DNA from: Paraspadella gotoi
Taxonomy: Eukaryota > Animalia > Chaetognatha
Reading direction: 5' to 3'
NCBI GenBank assembly: GCA_051294375.1
Contig: CM119263.1
Location: 16,036,532-16,100,531, forward strand
Length of the DNA: 64,000 bases
The notes under the pieces are model-generated. The model had not been told where the DNA came from. It was given only the letters and a program-made list of their open reading frames with translations, and did no database searches. The position numbers and the translations under genes were made by a program. Of the stretch, positions 25,197-38,592 are shown one piece after another. The number at the start of each line of letters is the position of its first letter. Position 1 is the stretch's first letter.

Positions 25197-27530
25197 CCTT
25201 CAAAGAAAGACAAAGTCTGTCTCGATCCAGCGAGCGAGTCTCATTAACCCACCGATCGGTTTTCGACCTTCTTTCCCACCGAAATTCCTCCTTAAAGGGT
25301 TAATTTCCGAAACACCTTTTAGCCTCCTTCGGCGCCGTCCTCTTANNNNNNNNNNNNNNNNNNNNNNNNNTGATAACGGAGAGAGATAAGGCTTTTTTTT
25401 TTAGTCGAAAGAACCGCTACTTTTTATCTTTCGACTTGGGGAAAAAAATGTAATTTTCCGCAGCGATCTACTTTTTAAAAGATCTTATAAATAGCAAAAC
25501 TACAACGAAAAACCAGAATCCTTGAAAACTGTTAAAAATCATTTTCGACTTTCTCGGCCGATGCGAGCAGAAAACTTTCCGTCCAACTTGTCATCCTGTC
25601 ATCTAAGGGAACAAAAAATAGAATCTTGGATGGAACTTTTGGCGACGAACAGAACTCATTTCGACGCCACTAGGATTTTCCTTTAGTTTTTCGACGCCAC
25701 GACGTCGCAGAAACCACCGTCCTGAGATCCTAACAGCGGTTTTACGGCTCAAAAAGCGTCGCTGGTAGAATTTTTTAAAATGAAACGGGTTAGGTTGCCC
25801 AATGGGTAGGTGTGATTTACCCACGTTTTTCTGAATTGATATTTTTTTAAAATTTTTTTTAATAAATTTGAAAGAAAAAGGACTACCTAACTCATATTTT
25901 AATTCATTTCATCCATTAACAAGCAACGCCCGAGCCATGGCCCGTCATCGCAAAGACGGCAAAGGTTGTCATCGCGTCTAAAGAGCCTCGTGGCTAAATA
26001 TCCACGGGCGTCTTTTTCAAAAATCATGATTGGCGTCTCTGGCGGAGGCGAGGATCGAAAATGAGTCGTCGCGCAAATCTAAAGGAACCTAATCGATCTT
26101 GTCGCCGATCCCGAAGACTATTTATTTTTTTCCCGCGATTAATATCGATAATGTAGATTGGGCGGAAGAGGAAATTATTTGTCATCGTGATAGAGAATTG
26201 TTTTTCAAGGCGAGCGAGTTATACTTATAGCAGTTGCATCTCGTTATGAGTTATAATGCAATTGCATTAATAGGCATTATAGGCAAGTTGCATCGCGTTA
26301 TAGTTTGTCTTTATGGTTGTTTCAGTTGTCCAATTTCTTTCTTAATATTTTCGATCTCGATCAGTCCATCACGCAAGAACTTAACAAACCTTCTATTCGT
26401 ACTTGTAAAAATTACACCAAATGAAAAAAAAATTGAAAGAAAGAAAAGATCCAAACCTAGTTCAATTTTCCAGAAATAAAAATATCATATGAAAGTAAAT
26501 ACATTTTAATTCTTTTAAAGTTTCGAGAAAAAAAAACATCAACTTTCGCAAAAAAATATTTTTTTCAGGTAACGAGTTTTTTATTAGAGCGATAACTCAT
26601 GTAAACTGTGAAAAGTGAAACCGACGCTAAATAAAATTTGAAAAAGAAAAAGAAATCAAAGTTTGACAAATGGAACTTAAAAAGAAAGAAAAGAAAGGAA
26701 AGAAAGGAAAAGTGAGGCAAAAGAAAGGGAAAAAAAAGGACGTTGGAAAGAAGATTGAAAGAAAAACGGTTTACCTTTAATGACTGCATTCGAGACCGAA
26801 ACCAGATTCAGCCGACGAGAAGAAGAGCGGATGAGGTTTTTTTTTTCGTCGTGAGGAGGTGACGTAAGTCGGACGAGGAAGTCGGAAGCGGGCGTGGCGG
26901 GATCGAGTATAGAGGGGAATTGGGGGGGGGGGTGGCGAAGATAAAAAATGAGTAAAAAAAAACTATTAAAATTGGAAAATAGTGGAAGCTGGTCGAGGAT
27001 TATGGGCGCGAAAAAGCTCTGGCGAAAAATAACGAGGATTTTACGATTATTAGGACGGGGACGGGAGGCTGAGAATAGCTGAGAAGAGCGAGTCAAAAAT
27101 AGGGAAATCATGGAATTAAAATTGCCAAAAAAAAACTGCGAAATAGCTAATCAAAAGGGGAACCAACACAAGGATAATATTCACGATTTATATCGTAATA
27201 CTCTTATCCAACGGCCCGTCGCCCGATGGCGAAAATAGAACGCCTCAGAACAAGAGAACAACAACTTATCTTCATCATCTCGCGAATTCCCTTTCCCAAC
27301 GTTCTCTCTTCCTTTCATTAAATGTTTTCCCTCTCGCTATTAGCTTCATCTCACGATTGTTTGTTTTTTTCTCGCTACTATTTCTGCTTAGCATTTTTTC
27401 GCCTCGAGAGAGTATTAGACAAAGAGAGGAAACCAAAACAATGTATTTTTTTTTTTCACCCGCGGAGGAAAACGATCGTGAAAACAAAAAAATGGCATTT
27501 TCGTGAAAGAAAAAAACAAAGGGTACTCAC

Positions 27531-27893
27531 GACTTCGTCGCTTCGTCTTTTGATATCTTCAATCTCAAGCGCAGGTGTTCGCATTCGCACTGTTTAAGAG
27601 CAGCTCTCGTTCCTGCGAAAAGAAAAAGAAAATGAAGAAGAGACGTGAAATATGACGCGATTTAAAAAAATCGATCGATTCTCACCAAGCGTGTTCTCCC
27701 TTCGCGGTGGAGTCAGCTTTTCAATTTCTGCTCGCAACGCCTTGTTGGTTTGTTCGAGCGCGTGGAAATAGTCCAAATCGATGTCGGGCCAGCTTCCCCC
27801 GATGCTGCCGACGGGCGTCGGCATCATCGGCGCGGAGTAATGCGGGAGAGGGACCGCTTCCCCGCCGCTTCCGCCACCGACCATACCGACGCT

Positions 27894-27928
<35 letters not shown>

Positions 27929-28081
27929 GCCGCCGCGCCGCCGCCCCGATGAGGCCGCCGGGGCCGCCAATGCGCTCAGACTGAAGGGAAAGCGAGAGAG
28001 GGGGAGAGGAGGGGGGGGAACGATAGTGTAGTCCCGCCAGACATAACAGAGATGATTATGGATCATCTCTTCAACTGGCTC

Positions 28082-28175
<94 letters not shown>

Positions 28176-28994
28176 GCTCTTGAGCTTCAGGTTTATGTTG
28201 ACGAAAAAAAAAGGATATAAAAATTATCCATCGTCTTCTCTCTCTCTCATTCCGGTTGTAGCGCGGGTTTAGCGCGGATCTCGTTGAAGGGAACGACGAA
28301 TTAATGAATTAATGAGACCAACGTGCTCGTAATTAGATGCCTGGAATCGCCGGGGGGGGGGGGACGAACGTCGTTGCAAAATGGAGGAGGAAGGGGAACA
28401 TTGAAAACAAAAAAAACCTCCTTGAGAAAATCGTTGTTTTTTTTGTTTCAAAAACTGATGGCGACTATTTTTGCATCTTTTATCCCTTACTGTACCCGGA
28501 AAATGAGGTGAAATCTTCAAAACGTGTCGTCAAATCTTTAATTCCTAAAAAAACACCTTAACAGTCATTATATCTTTACTTATCCCTCCGTATCACTATA
28601 ATATATTTATCTTATTCCTCCCCAAGAGGCTTCAACATGCACGCTCTTTATCACTTCTTCAGTTTTCATTACAAATTTCTCGGGTGACCACTGACCAGTA
28701 ACCATTGAGCAGTGATCAGTTTCTACCACAAATTAACTGCACCCTATCCATCTTACCTGCTGGCGGGCTGGACTCCGGGAGGTGGGTCCGGATTGAGGTC
28801 ACGCCCGCCCTGTCCCAGGGAATCGCCCCGACAGCAGCCTCGCGGACCCCCTTCCCGAAGGGGCCGCACCCCCGCCACCCGTCGGGGCCGGAGCCGGAGC
28901 GGGCGGCGGACCTGGCCCCCTGGAAGCGGGCCGCGAGGACTGCTGCGTGGAGGGCCCGCCGAAGAGAGAGGCGGGCTCGGGTCGACGTGATGTC
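27531..28994 (-). pseudogene. Mirror copy of three exons of the coiled-coil gene (28994-28757, 27980-27686, 27612-27531); truncated and frameshifted, likely an assembly duplicate
   Basis: Same DIDLDYFHALEQTNKALRAEIEKL peptide and splice sites as the + strand copy; downstream exons absent because the arm ends at a gap. Confidence 0.7.
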
Positions 28995-30454
28995 CTGCGT
29001 GGTAGAGAGGGAAGAGTGGGGGAAAATATACTTTTAATACAATGGTCATTGGTCAAGTAAATAAATTTTAAACTTTTTATATTTGGTTTAACTATATTTT
29101 TTTAAAAGTTTTTTTTATATTCTTTAAAAAAAGTATTTTTTTTTGTATTGGAAACATTGGAAACTAAGGTAAAAAATAAGGAAAGAAAAACTAGGGTACG
29201 CCGTCCCGTTTTTTTGTTTACATAGACGGGTTAGCGTCTGAGACTAATTTCCATTTTCAAGTGTTTTTCCAATTAGCATCTAAACTTTGTTAATCGTCGC
29301 ACGGGCGAAGCAAGAGTGAAGAATGAGAAAAACGAGAGAATGTGGAAGGTGCATTGGATGAACGACGGGATACGTATATATTCAAAAAAGAGAAAAAAAT
29401 GGAGTCGGAAAGTTAGAAAAAAAAAAAATCGAATAAAAATTCCCAAGTTGGAAAGTCTAATTTCTGCCGGGGTAATCTGAGAAGAGGACTTAGAATAGGA
29501 AAAATACGAGTGAAGACAAACGAAGTGGTCATTGAATAGGTTCAGCCCGCAGGTTTTCATGAGTCGGACCCAGTGGTCATTGAGTAAAGCCAATCAGCTC
29601 AAGGACCTCGGGTATGGAGTTATATCCAAACCCGCCTCAAATATCAGTGTTTTGGACCCATTCTGTAAAACTAAAAAAAAGTACAGATCGCTTGTCCATT
29701 TGTCGACTCTTTTTCGATGCTGGTGAGCGCAGGAGGTAGCTCTTCTCACTGACTTGCTCGAAGGGACAACGGAGTGACATTTCTCGTTTTGTAGTTTTTA
29801 CTGTTTTCCTTTCTAACGAAAATAACACTCCGCTTACATCCCCACACTCTCTTTCCCTTCCTACCGAGAAGATACTCCGTACGATGATCAGTGAAATCCG
29901 AATCGTGATTCCGCTGTGTGGAGAATCGCGATTCCGCTGTGTGGGGATTCGAGCGACAAAGAACGTGGGAAGAATCAACGAAACCTATCATCGATAAACA
30001 CCCGAGGGCCGCGTGGAAGAAAGGGCAAAGCTGGTGGAGATAAAGAGACGAAGGATGGGAAGAATGACGGTAGGTAGTTGGGTCGAATAAGTTTCAAGGC
30101 GCGGTCGCTTTTTATGGGCGCCAAAGAGTCTCGGGGCGGAGACTATGAAATGGGCACAAAAGAGGAAAAAAGTAGAGGAGGAAAATGACGAGACTGTCTA
30201 GACCACCACAGCAAAACAAAAAAAAAAAAAAAAAAAAAAAAATTAAGCCGGAGATGGAGTCTTTTTTAAAATTTTTTGGAAGAACCGGAAATATTGAAGA
30301 ATCGCAATCACATATCTCAAGTAATCATCAATGCACCGCAGACAGGTCAGTATTCTGATGAAAAATACAAAAGAAAGCTATGGACGGAAATTGGTTTTTG
30401 GCGCTCGGAGGCGACTTAAGGTACATAGAGAGAAATATTTTAAGAAGATAAAGC

Positions 30455-30522
<68 letters not shown>

Positions 30523-30650
30523 AGTCAAAGAAAAGAAAAAAACAAAACATAAGAGAGAGGCTAAGAAAGAGAGAGGAAAGAGTTTGGCGACATAAACTCA
30601 TGGCGAAAAGGAATTATTGAAAGGCTTCTGAATACAAGTCGTCAATGACG

Positions 30651-30714
<64 letters not shown>

Positions 30715-32126
30715 AGAGAGAGAGAGAGGAGAGGGTGAGTTAGGTCTCAGATAATGGCGACGACGATTAGACTGAAAAAGGGAAGGGGGAATTAAAAAAA
30801 GTGTATGGCTGAGTGGATTATAGTGACACTGAGAGGGAGAGTGTTCTTTAAAATGAACTCAGAACAGTGTGTTTTGTAAGATATAAGTGAAAGATATAGA
30901 GGATTGTAAAGGGGCCGTGATGGAGCTACACAGTTGAGTGAGATTGGCAACGAGGAGGCGGTCACTTGGTAATTTGCGGAGTAAGGTTGAAGCAAGTGGC
31001 ATCCGGGCGTGAATGGTCGGGAGATGGAATATCGGCCACAAAGTCCGGTAGTCTAGCGGAAAACTAGATGGAAAAATCGCGAAAATCGCGAGAAATGTCG
31101 GCGTCAGACGGAGAAGGAGAAAAAAAAGCAGAAAAGAAAAAGAAAAGGGAAGCGAGCGAAAGAGAAGAAAAATGAACTGAAAAGAATATGAGGGGGGGGG
31201 GAATCTAGCAGTTCCGTCTGTTTCTGAAGTTAATTAATATTAGAATTAAAGCCGGCGACTCATATTCTTCGTCTCGATCATTGTCGTCAACGTCGATGTC
31301 GTCGATAACCCGGATCTCGCTGGTTGTTTCCCCGGATGTCCGAAATCGCGATTTTCTTATTGGACTCGCTCTGCATTTCTTTCCCCACTTTCGCGCGCGG
31401 TCCTACGGACTTCCGGAAAGATGACAATGATTTAACGTTTGATGAATTATTCATAACCTAATAACCGGACTCGGTGGTTGTTATTGTCCACAAATGTTGG
31501 CCACGAACAAGATTCTGCGGGGGGGGGGGAGGAGGGGGGGGGAGGGAGGGAGGGAGGATACGCCCCTTTTTTTTTAGCCGAGGGAAAAAAAGAATTATGA
31601 AGGGAGACGCGATGAAAGGGAGATAAGATGCAAGAAGTGAGGAGAGAAAACAAAAATTCAGAAGGAATAAGAGTAAAAGGTTTTTTTAGAAATCGGGGAA
31701 AAGATTTGCGATGAGGAGTTAAGGAGAAAGAATGAGAAAGAGAGAAATGATGGGGAAAAAGTTAAAAAGAAGGAAGAAAGCTAGAAAGAATGTTGGCGAA
31801 AGAAAATAGAAAATAAGAAAGGAGAAACTAAAAAAAAAAACAAGAAATGATTGGCCGGAGGGAAAGGTTTGAAAGGAAAAGCGAAAATCCAGAAAGGGTG
31901 AAAACAAATCGTAAACAAAACGCGGACAAATTCAGTTCTCGTGATAAAATAAAAGAAGAAAAAGAAAAAAAAAGAAAAAAAAAAAAAAAAAACTGAAGGG
32001 AAAATAAGAAGAAAGTGTGAAAGAGAGAACCCCATAAAGAAGAAGATTTCTCTGCAGTAAAAACCAGGACGGAGAGTGGAAAAATAATGAAGATGGTGGA
32101 AATAAGGAAAAACGATGTGATGAGAG

Positions 32127-32177
<51 letters not shown>

Positions 32178-32513
32178 GGGAGAGAGAAGAGAGAGAGAGA
32201 GAGAGAAGAGAGAGAAAATCGTCAACGTTTTGTAGCCGAGCACAAAAAATGGTGGAATCTTTTCCTGGTCGCAGTAGCTGAGAGAGAAGGCAGGGGAGGA
32301 CGAAAGGAGGAAGGCGGTCGCTACGGACGTAAGGAGAAGGAAAAAGAAGGAAAAGAAGGAAAGGAAAGAGAGAAGGAACGGAACTAAAAAAGTCCGGAGG
32401 ACTTTCCGCCCGGGCGCGCGAGTTTCGACCGACGAAAAACATCTCCGAAAAGCTTCCTGCCGCTGGGTGAAGAAACGATTTAGTCCGAGTCGCTGCCGGG
32501 GCTGTTGCGGCTG

Positions 32514-32703
32514 CTACGTCATTCCGCGGCTGCGGCGACCCTGCGGAAACCGCTGCGCTGCGGCGTAATCGGGGAAGGGACGGAAGACGAATGGCGTTTC
32601 GGGCCGCGAGTCGCGCGATGAGGTAGATTCGAGTGGCGAAACCTTCAATTTCTCCTCTGGGTCGATTTCTGAGGATTCGGAGATGAACAGTCGCCTTCGC
32701 TCT
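32514..32703 (-). CDS. Candidate terminal exon (ERRRLFISESSEIDPEEKLKVSPLESTSSRDSRPETPFVFRPFPDYAAAQRFPQGRRSRGMT*); + strand copies at ~34682-34873 and ~36810-36980
   Basis: GC-rich open frame ending in TAG, just downstream of an atttttcag acceptor-like site; 5' boundary uncertain because of indels. Confidence 0.3.
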
Positions 32704-34210
32704 TTTCAAGTTGAAGTCTGAAAAATCATATTTTGGTCACAAGAACGGACGATGGACATAGCGGATCACATTTATTCTTACTCTATGAATTGGTACAACC
32801 AATATAAAAATTATCCATTCATTTAATAAATAAGCTATCTTGCCCCTGACTTTGGACAGGCTTGGGTGTTTAAGGCCTCCATCACTCTTGACAAGATAAT
32901 GACATAGCAGGTCCCTGCAAGCGTTTCAACTATACAAACTTGTTTATATTTGCCGCTGACTCCTTTACTAAAGCAGCAGAGGCAGAAAAGTAGCAATTGT
33001 TTTTCTATATGTTTTATTTTATATGAGTTTGAATTATATTTTGTCCAAAAAATTGAACCTTTTTCTAGCTCTTTTTCCCTTTGGCTTAAGATTCATTCCG
33101 TGTTTCAGTGGGTTTATAAGCGTTTCTTTTTATCGAGTTAACTTACTTCATGGCATTTATTAATATGTTCATTTGAATTTTTTCCCAGAGGTTCACGATC
33201 TTACCTTAAGCCTTAGCCCTTAGCCCTTCCACTCCTCTTATAGAGATTCTCCATCCCCCGCTCTTCCAAAAGGGCAACGCCTTCGCTCTCTTTCCCTCGT
33301 CCCACTCTTGTTTTTCATTCCTATATTTTATCTTCGAACTCTGCAGCTGAGTCGAAGGCTTTCAGCTGGTCTCGATCGGTCGCTCGACTGAGACCGCCTG
33401 GTTCGAGTCCCGATCCCGACGGGGCGGAGAATGAATGAGATTATTTAATGGACGGAGCGTGATTTTGTCACAGAGGACGATCGATGAAAAACTCTTGTTC
33501 GGGATTCGCGACGGACGCGCGAGGCGAAGAGATCATTTAAAAAGAATCTTGGATAGAGAAAACAACAACAACAACAACCACAACGCCGATAACGCACGAG
33601 GGTCGTCCCTCCAACGCGTCACGATTTTAGGACCGAGAAAATGGCGTTTCGAAAAGCCGCTGGGAGGGGGGGAAGAGTGGGGGGCGTGCCCGAACGAGGG
33701 ACGCGGAGCGAGGCTGTCGCGAGGGGAGCGCGGGAGAAGGGGCCAAGAGTTAAGTACATACCCAGGTGAGGCGTCCTTTTCGAACGCCATTTTCTCGGTC
33801 CTAAAATCGTGACGCCGTTGGAGGGACGACGCTCGTGGCGTTAATCGGCGTTGTGGTTGTTGTTGTTGTTGTTTTTCTCTATCCAAGATTCTTTTAAATG
33901 ATCCCTTCGCCTCGCGCGTCCGTCGACGAATCCCGAACAAGAGTTTTCATCGATCGTCCTCGTGACAAAATCAACGCTCGTCCATTAAATAATCTCAATT
34001 CATTCTCCACCGTCCGGGATCGGGACTCGAACCAGCGGTCTCCAGGTCGAGCGACCGAATCGAGCCCAGTCCGAAAAAGCCTTCGACTCAGCTGCAGAGT
34101 TCGAAGATAAAATATGAGGAATGAAAAACAAGAGTGGGACGAGGGAAAGAGAGCGAAGGCGTTGCCCTTTGGAAGAGCGGGGGATGACGGAATCTCTATA
34201 AGAGGAGTGG

Positions 34211-34248
34211 AAGGGCTAAGGGCTAAGGGCTAAGGGCTAAGGGCTAAG
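34211..34248 (+). repeat. (AAGGGCT)5 heptamer array with a G-quadruplex-forming pattern
   Basis: Five exact units; the mirror position (~33205-33229) has about three units. Confidence 0.9.
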
Positions 34249-35169
34249 ATCGTGACGTCTGGAAAAAGATTCAATGAACCTATTAATAAATGCATGAATA
34301 AGTTAATCGATAAAAAGAAACGGCTATAAACCCCACTGAAACACGAATGAATCTTAAGCCAAAGGGGAAAAAGAGCTAGGAAAAAGGTTCAAATTTTTGG
34401 ACCAAATATAATTCAAACTCATATAAAATAAAACATATAAGAAAAACAATTCTACTTTTCTGCCTCTGCTGCTTTAGTAAAGGAGTGATGGAGGCCTTAA
34501 ACCACCAAAGCCTGTCCAAAGTCAGGGGCAAGATAGCTTATTTATTAAATGAATGGATAATTTTTATATTGGTTGTACCAATTTCATAGAGTAAGAATAA
34601 TGTAAACCGCTATGTCCATCGTCGTTATTGGTCACCAAAATATGATTTTTCAGACGTCAACTTCTACTTCAACTTGAAAAGAAGCGAAGGCGACTGTTCA
34701 TCTCCGAATCCTCAAAAATCGACCCAGAGGAGGAATTGAAGGTTTCGCCACTCGAATCTACCTCTCGCGCGACTCGCGGCCCCGAAACGCCATTCGTCTT
34801 CCGTCCCTTCCCCCGACTTACGCCGCAGCGCAGCGGTTTCCGCAGCGGTCGCCGCAGCCGCGGAATGACGTAGCAGCCGCAACAGCCCCGGCAGCGACTC
34901 GGACTAAATCGTTCTTCCCCCAGCGGCAGGAAGCTTTTCGGAGATGTTTTTCGTCGGTCGAAACTCGCGCGCCCGGGGCGAAAGTCCTCCCGGACTTTTT
35001 TAGTTCCTTCCTTCTCTCTTTCCTTTCCTTCTTTTCCTTCTTTTTCCTTCTCCTTACGTCCGTAGCGACCGCCTTTCCTCCTTTCGTCCTCCCTTGCCTT
35101 CTCGCGCAGCTACTGCGACCAGGAAAAGATTCCACCATTTTTTGTGCTCGGTCTACAAACGGTTGACGA

Positions 35170-35204
<35 letters not shown>

Positions 35205-37744
35205 TACTTCGCAGCCCACAGAAATCTTTTCTTCTTTTATGCGCGGTTCTCTCTTTGCACCTACTTTCTTCTTTATATTTCCCTTCCTAGTTTTTTTTTT
35301 CCTTCNNNNNNNNNNNNNNNNNNNNNNNNNNNNNNNNNNNNNNNNNNNNNNNNNNNNNNNNNNNNNNNNNNNNNNNNNNNNNNNNNNNNNNNNNNNNNNN
35401 NNNNNNNNNNNNNNNNNNNNNNNNNNNNNNNNNNNNNNNNNNNNNNNNNNNNNNNNNNNNNNNNNNNNNNNNNNNNNNNNNNNNNNNTTTTTTTCTTTTT
35501 CTTCTTTTATTTTATCACGAGACTGAATTTGTCCGCGTTTTGTTTACGATTTGTTTCACCCTTTCTGGATTTTCGCTTTTCCTTTCAAACCTTTCCCTCC
35601 GGCCAATCATTTCTTGTTTTTTTTTTTAGTTTCTCCTTTTCTTATTTTCTATTTTCTTTCGCCAACATTTCTTTCTAGCTTTCTTCCTTCTTTTTAACTT
35701 TTTCCTCATCATTTCTCTCTTTCTCATACTTTCTCCTTAACTCCATCGCAAATCTTTTCCCCGATTTCTAAAAAAAAACATTTTTACTCTTATTTCCTTC
35801 TGATATTTTTGTTTTCTCTCCCTCACTTCTTGCATCTTATCNNNNNNNNNNNNNNNNNNNNNNNNNNNNNNNNNNNNNNNNNNNNNNNNNNNNNNNNNNN
35901 NNNNNNNNNNNNNNNNNNNNNNNNNNNNNNNNNNNNNNNNNNNNNNNNNNNNNNNNNNNNNNNNNNNNNNNNNNNNNNNNNNNNNNNNNNNNNNNNNNNN
36001 NNNNNNNNNNNNNNNNNNNNNNNNNNNNNNNNNNNNNNNNNNNNNNNNNNNNNNNNNNNNNNNNNNNNNNNNNNNNNNNNNNNNNNNNNNNNNNNNNNNN
36101 NNNNNNNNNNNNNNNNNNNNNNNNCGCCGAAAGTGGGGAAAAGAATCAGAGCGAGCAAATCAGCAAATCGCGATTCGTACATCCGGGGAAACAACCAGCG
36201 AGATCCGGGTTATCGACGACATCGACGTTGACGACAATGATCGAGACGAAGAATATGAGTCGCCGGCTTTAATTCTAATATTAATTAACTTCAGAAAACA
36301 GACGGAACTGCTAGATTTCCCCCCCTCATATTCTTTCAGTTCATTTTTCTTCTCTTTCGCTCGCTTCCTTTTCTTTTTTTTTTTTTTTTCTTTTCTGCTT
36401 TTTTTTCTCCTTTCTCCGTCTGACGCCGACATTTCTCGCGATTGTGCGATTTTTTCCATCTAGTTTTCCGCTAGACTACCGGACTTTGTTGGCCGCATTT
36501 TCCATCTCCCGACCATTCACGCCCGATGCCACTTGCTTCAACCTTACTTCCGCAAATTACCAGTGACCGCCTCCTCGTTGCCAATCTCACTCAACTGTGT
36601 AGCTCCATCACGGCCCCTTTACAATCCTCTATATCTTTCACTTATATTCTTACAAAAACACCACCAAAGCACCGCCAAATTAAGCAATACTATTATTAAA
36701 TGATGAATAATTTTAATGGTTACATTGCAATAGATAAAATAGAACCCTAATTCATCCGTATTGTCACCAAATATATTCCAACTCAAAATATCACTTCCAA
36801 TAAAGAAGCAAGGCGCACTTCATCTCCGAAATCCTCAAAAATCACCAGAGGTCATGAGTTTCCCACTCTGAAATCTACCTCTTCGCGACTCGCAGCCCGG
36901 AAAACGCCATTCGCTTCCGGCCCTTCCCCCACTTACGCCGCACGCGCTTTCCGCAGCGGTCCCGCCAGGCGCAATGACGTACACCGCAACAGGCCGGCAG
37001 CGACTCGGACTTAATCGTTCTTCCCCAAGCGGCAGGAAGCTTTCGGGAGATGTTTTCTTCGTCCGAAACTCCCGCCCCGGCGAAAGTCCTCCCGACTTTT
37101 TTAGTTCCATTCCTTCTCTCTTTCCTTCCCTTCTTCTTTTCACTTCTCCTACTCCGTACCACGCCTTTCCTCTTTCTCCTCCTTCCTTCTCGCGCAGCCA
37201 CTGTCTACCAGTACAAAGATTCAACCATTCTTTTTGTGCTTCGTCTACAAACGGTTGACATCTTTCTCCTCCTCTTCTCTCCTCTCTCTCTCTCTCTCTC
37301 CTCCTCTCTCTCTCTCTCTCTCCTCCTCCTCCTTCTCTCTCCTCATTCTCTCATTTCAACATCGTTTCTTTATTTCCACCATCTTCATTTATTCTTCCAC
37401 TCTTCCGTCCCTGGGTTTACTCAGCAGAGAAATCTCTTCTTTATGGTTCTCTCTTTCACCACTTTCTTCTATTCCCTTCAGTTTTTTTTTTCCTTTTTTT
37501 TTTTACTTTTTTCTTCTTTATTTATGCACGAGATGAATTTGTCGCGTTTTGTTTACGATTTGTTTCACCCTTTCTGGCATTTCGCTTTTCCTTTCAACCT
37601 TTCCCTCCCGCCACATACATTTCTTGTTTTTTTTTAGTTCTCCTTTTCTTATTTCTATTTCTTTCGCCAACATTTCTTCTAGCTTTCTTCCTTCTTTTTA
37701 ACTTTTTCTCATCATTTCTCTCTTTCTCATAACTTATCTCCTTA

Positions 37745-38592
37745 GAGACAAGGGTCATTCAGCATAATACAATCGTAAATCTTTGAGATATTAAACTTAA
37801 TACATCGAGAAATTACTTATATTCATCAAGTATCACAAAAAACAAAGAAAGTTTTTATCTGTATATGAAACATTCTGTTTTCTAATCATTTTCTTTAATC
37901 GGTAAATAATCAGAATTATTAAGTCAAATGGGTAAGCACATTTTTTAAATGATTAGTTTTTTCAATCTGTGTTAAAAAATCCTATGGAGAAGTTAAAATA
38001 CACCGGTAAGGATAATTTAGCAAGCGGGAAGAATAACAGTATCTTGTTACTCTGTTGGTTTACCAGTCCAGAACAAAAATCTTTCCAGTATAAATAGATG
38101 GTAAAGAAATTTTGATCCTACAGTAGAAATCTATACTGTAATTGAAGAGTGCAGCCTAAACGACTGCAATAATATTGATTAACAATTTGATATAGCAATC
38201 TTAAAAAAACATCTTGTAAATAATTGTAATTAGAGAGACATTTTGATAACGCGTTCCCAGTTATGAAGAATCATGGTTAAAGTTTAAAACATGTTTTCAT
38301 TTTCAATGATTACAGTTGAAATTTAAAACATGTCTTCTATTACATTTTCGAATTCTACTAATAAAAAAATCTATATAAAAAATCAGAGCATGCTTTTTTC
38401 GTTTTGACCTGCAACTCTTCAATAGGATTTCTTTTATTAATTATTATAATTTAAAACGATATAAAATGGGCGTAGAATGCATCAATATGTTTAAGGTGAA
38501 TACATTTTCGGAATCGGCAGGAGCTCAGCCTCTGAATTTGTACATCCATTTTTGGCCTATTTTTGAAGTATGAATTGAGATGACCCTTTTTC
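37745..38592. mobile_element. 848-bp AT-rich non-autonomous DNA transposon with TIRs and TA target duplication
   Basis: Ends GAGACAAGGGTCAT-TCA / GAAAAAGGGTCATCTCA (rc); TA at 37743-37744 and 38593-38594; empty site ctccttaactcc at ~35733-35744 and (rc) ~31714-31725. Confidence 0.75.

Larger units (their letters stand above)
25388..33656 (-). repeat. Left arm of a large inverted repeat (fold-back copy)
   Basis: Reverse complement of the right arm; begins just after the 25-N gap at 25346-25370. Confidence 0.95.

Noticed and set aside
31828-32709. 293-aa minus-strand ORF
   Set aside because: Runs through pyrimidine-rich low-complexity DNA and a (CT)n tract and is not preserved in the other two copies; a different frame looks more protein-like.
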